Source: a virus (lineage: Duplodnaviria; Caudoviricetes). From it: a stretch of DNA of 54,641 nt. The stretch lies in IMG/VR virus record IMGVR_UViG_3300007276_000061, positions 1-54,641 of that record. The stretch is one strand, 5' to 3'. A program made the translations under genes and the position numbers. Under the pieces are notes generated by a model. The model worked only from the letters and a program-made list of their open reading frames with translations, was not told where the DNA came from and ran no database searches. Shown piece by piece: positions 54,485 to 54,641 of the stretch; the first letter of the stretch is position 1; each line of letters starts with the position of its first letter.

Positions 54485-54641
54485 TTTAAATAGTATAGAA
54501 TGGCTCAGGGTGAAAGTCAAGAACTTTTTTCAGTATTGGCCTGGTACTAATTGTTTTAGCACTTGGTAATAAATTGACTTGACACTGTACTGCCGGCGCA
54601 CGTGAAAATATAAGTTGCATTGATACTCTACTCCGGCGCAA

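Noticed and set aside
52419-54569. Short ORFs 52419-52667, 53619-53801, 53957-54148, 54384-54569
   Set aside because: No RBS or protein-like features; lie within or antisense to promoter-driven structured sequence

Overview
Part of a T5-like (Demerecviridae-type gene order) dsDNA phage genome; nearly all genes are on the minus strand. 1-8.6 kb is a replication block (family A polymerase N-terminus, primase, DnaB-like helicase, D5/D3-like DNA-binding proteins, split NAD-dependent ligase). 9-21.3 kb is a cluster of 28 tRNA genes covering all 20 amino acids, interleaved with tRNA-like and pseudoknotted non-coding elements. In its middle is a DUF2828/TROVE(Ro60)-like vWA gene preceded by a tandem array of seven RNAs that share a closing stem and an (A/T)CNGCA motif but carry different cargo, two of them tRNA mimics; this is the best candidate for an undescribed system. 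21.5-51.7 kb holds accessory genes: thyX, AdoMet decarboxylase, SleB hydrolase plus spanins, a circularly permuted two-piece tmRNA with an alphaproteobacterial-type tag (suggesting the host group), bS21, phosphatases, a PRS-like + NAMPT-like pair and many small ORFs. 52.3-54.5 kb is a promoter-driven block of large structured RNAs with a hammerhead ribozyme and an inserted endonuclease gene. All family calls come from motif recognition by eye; no searches or folding programs were run.
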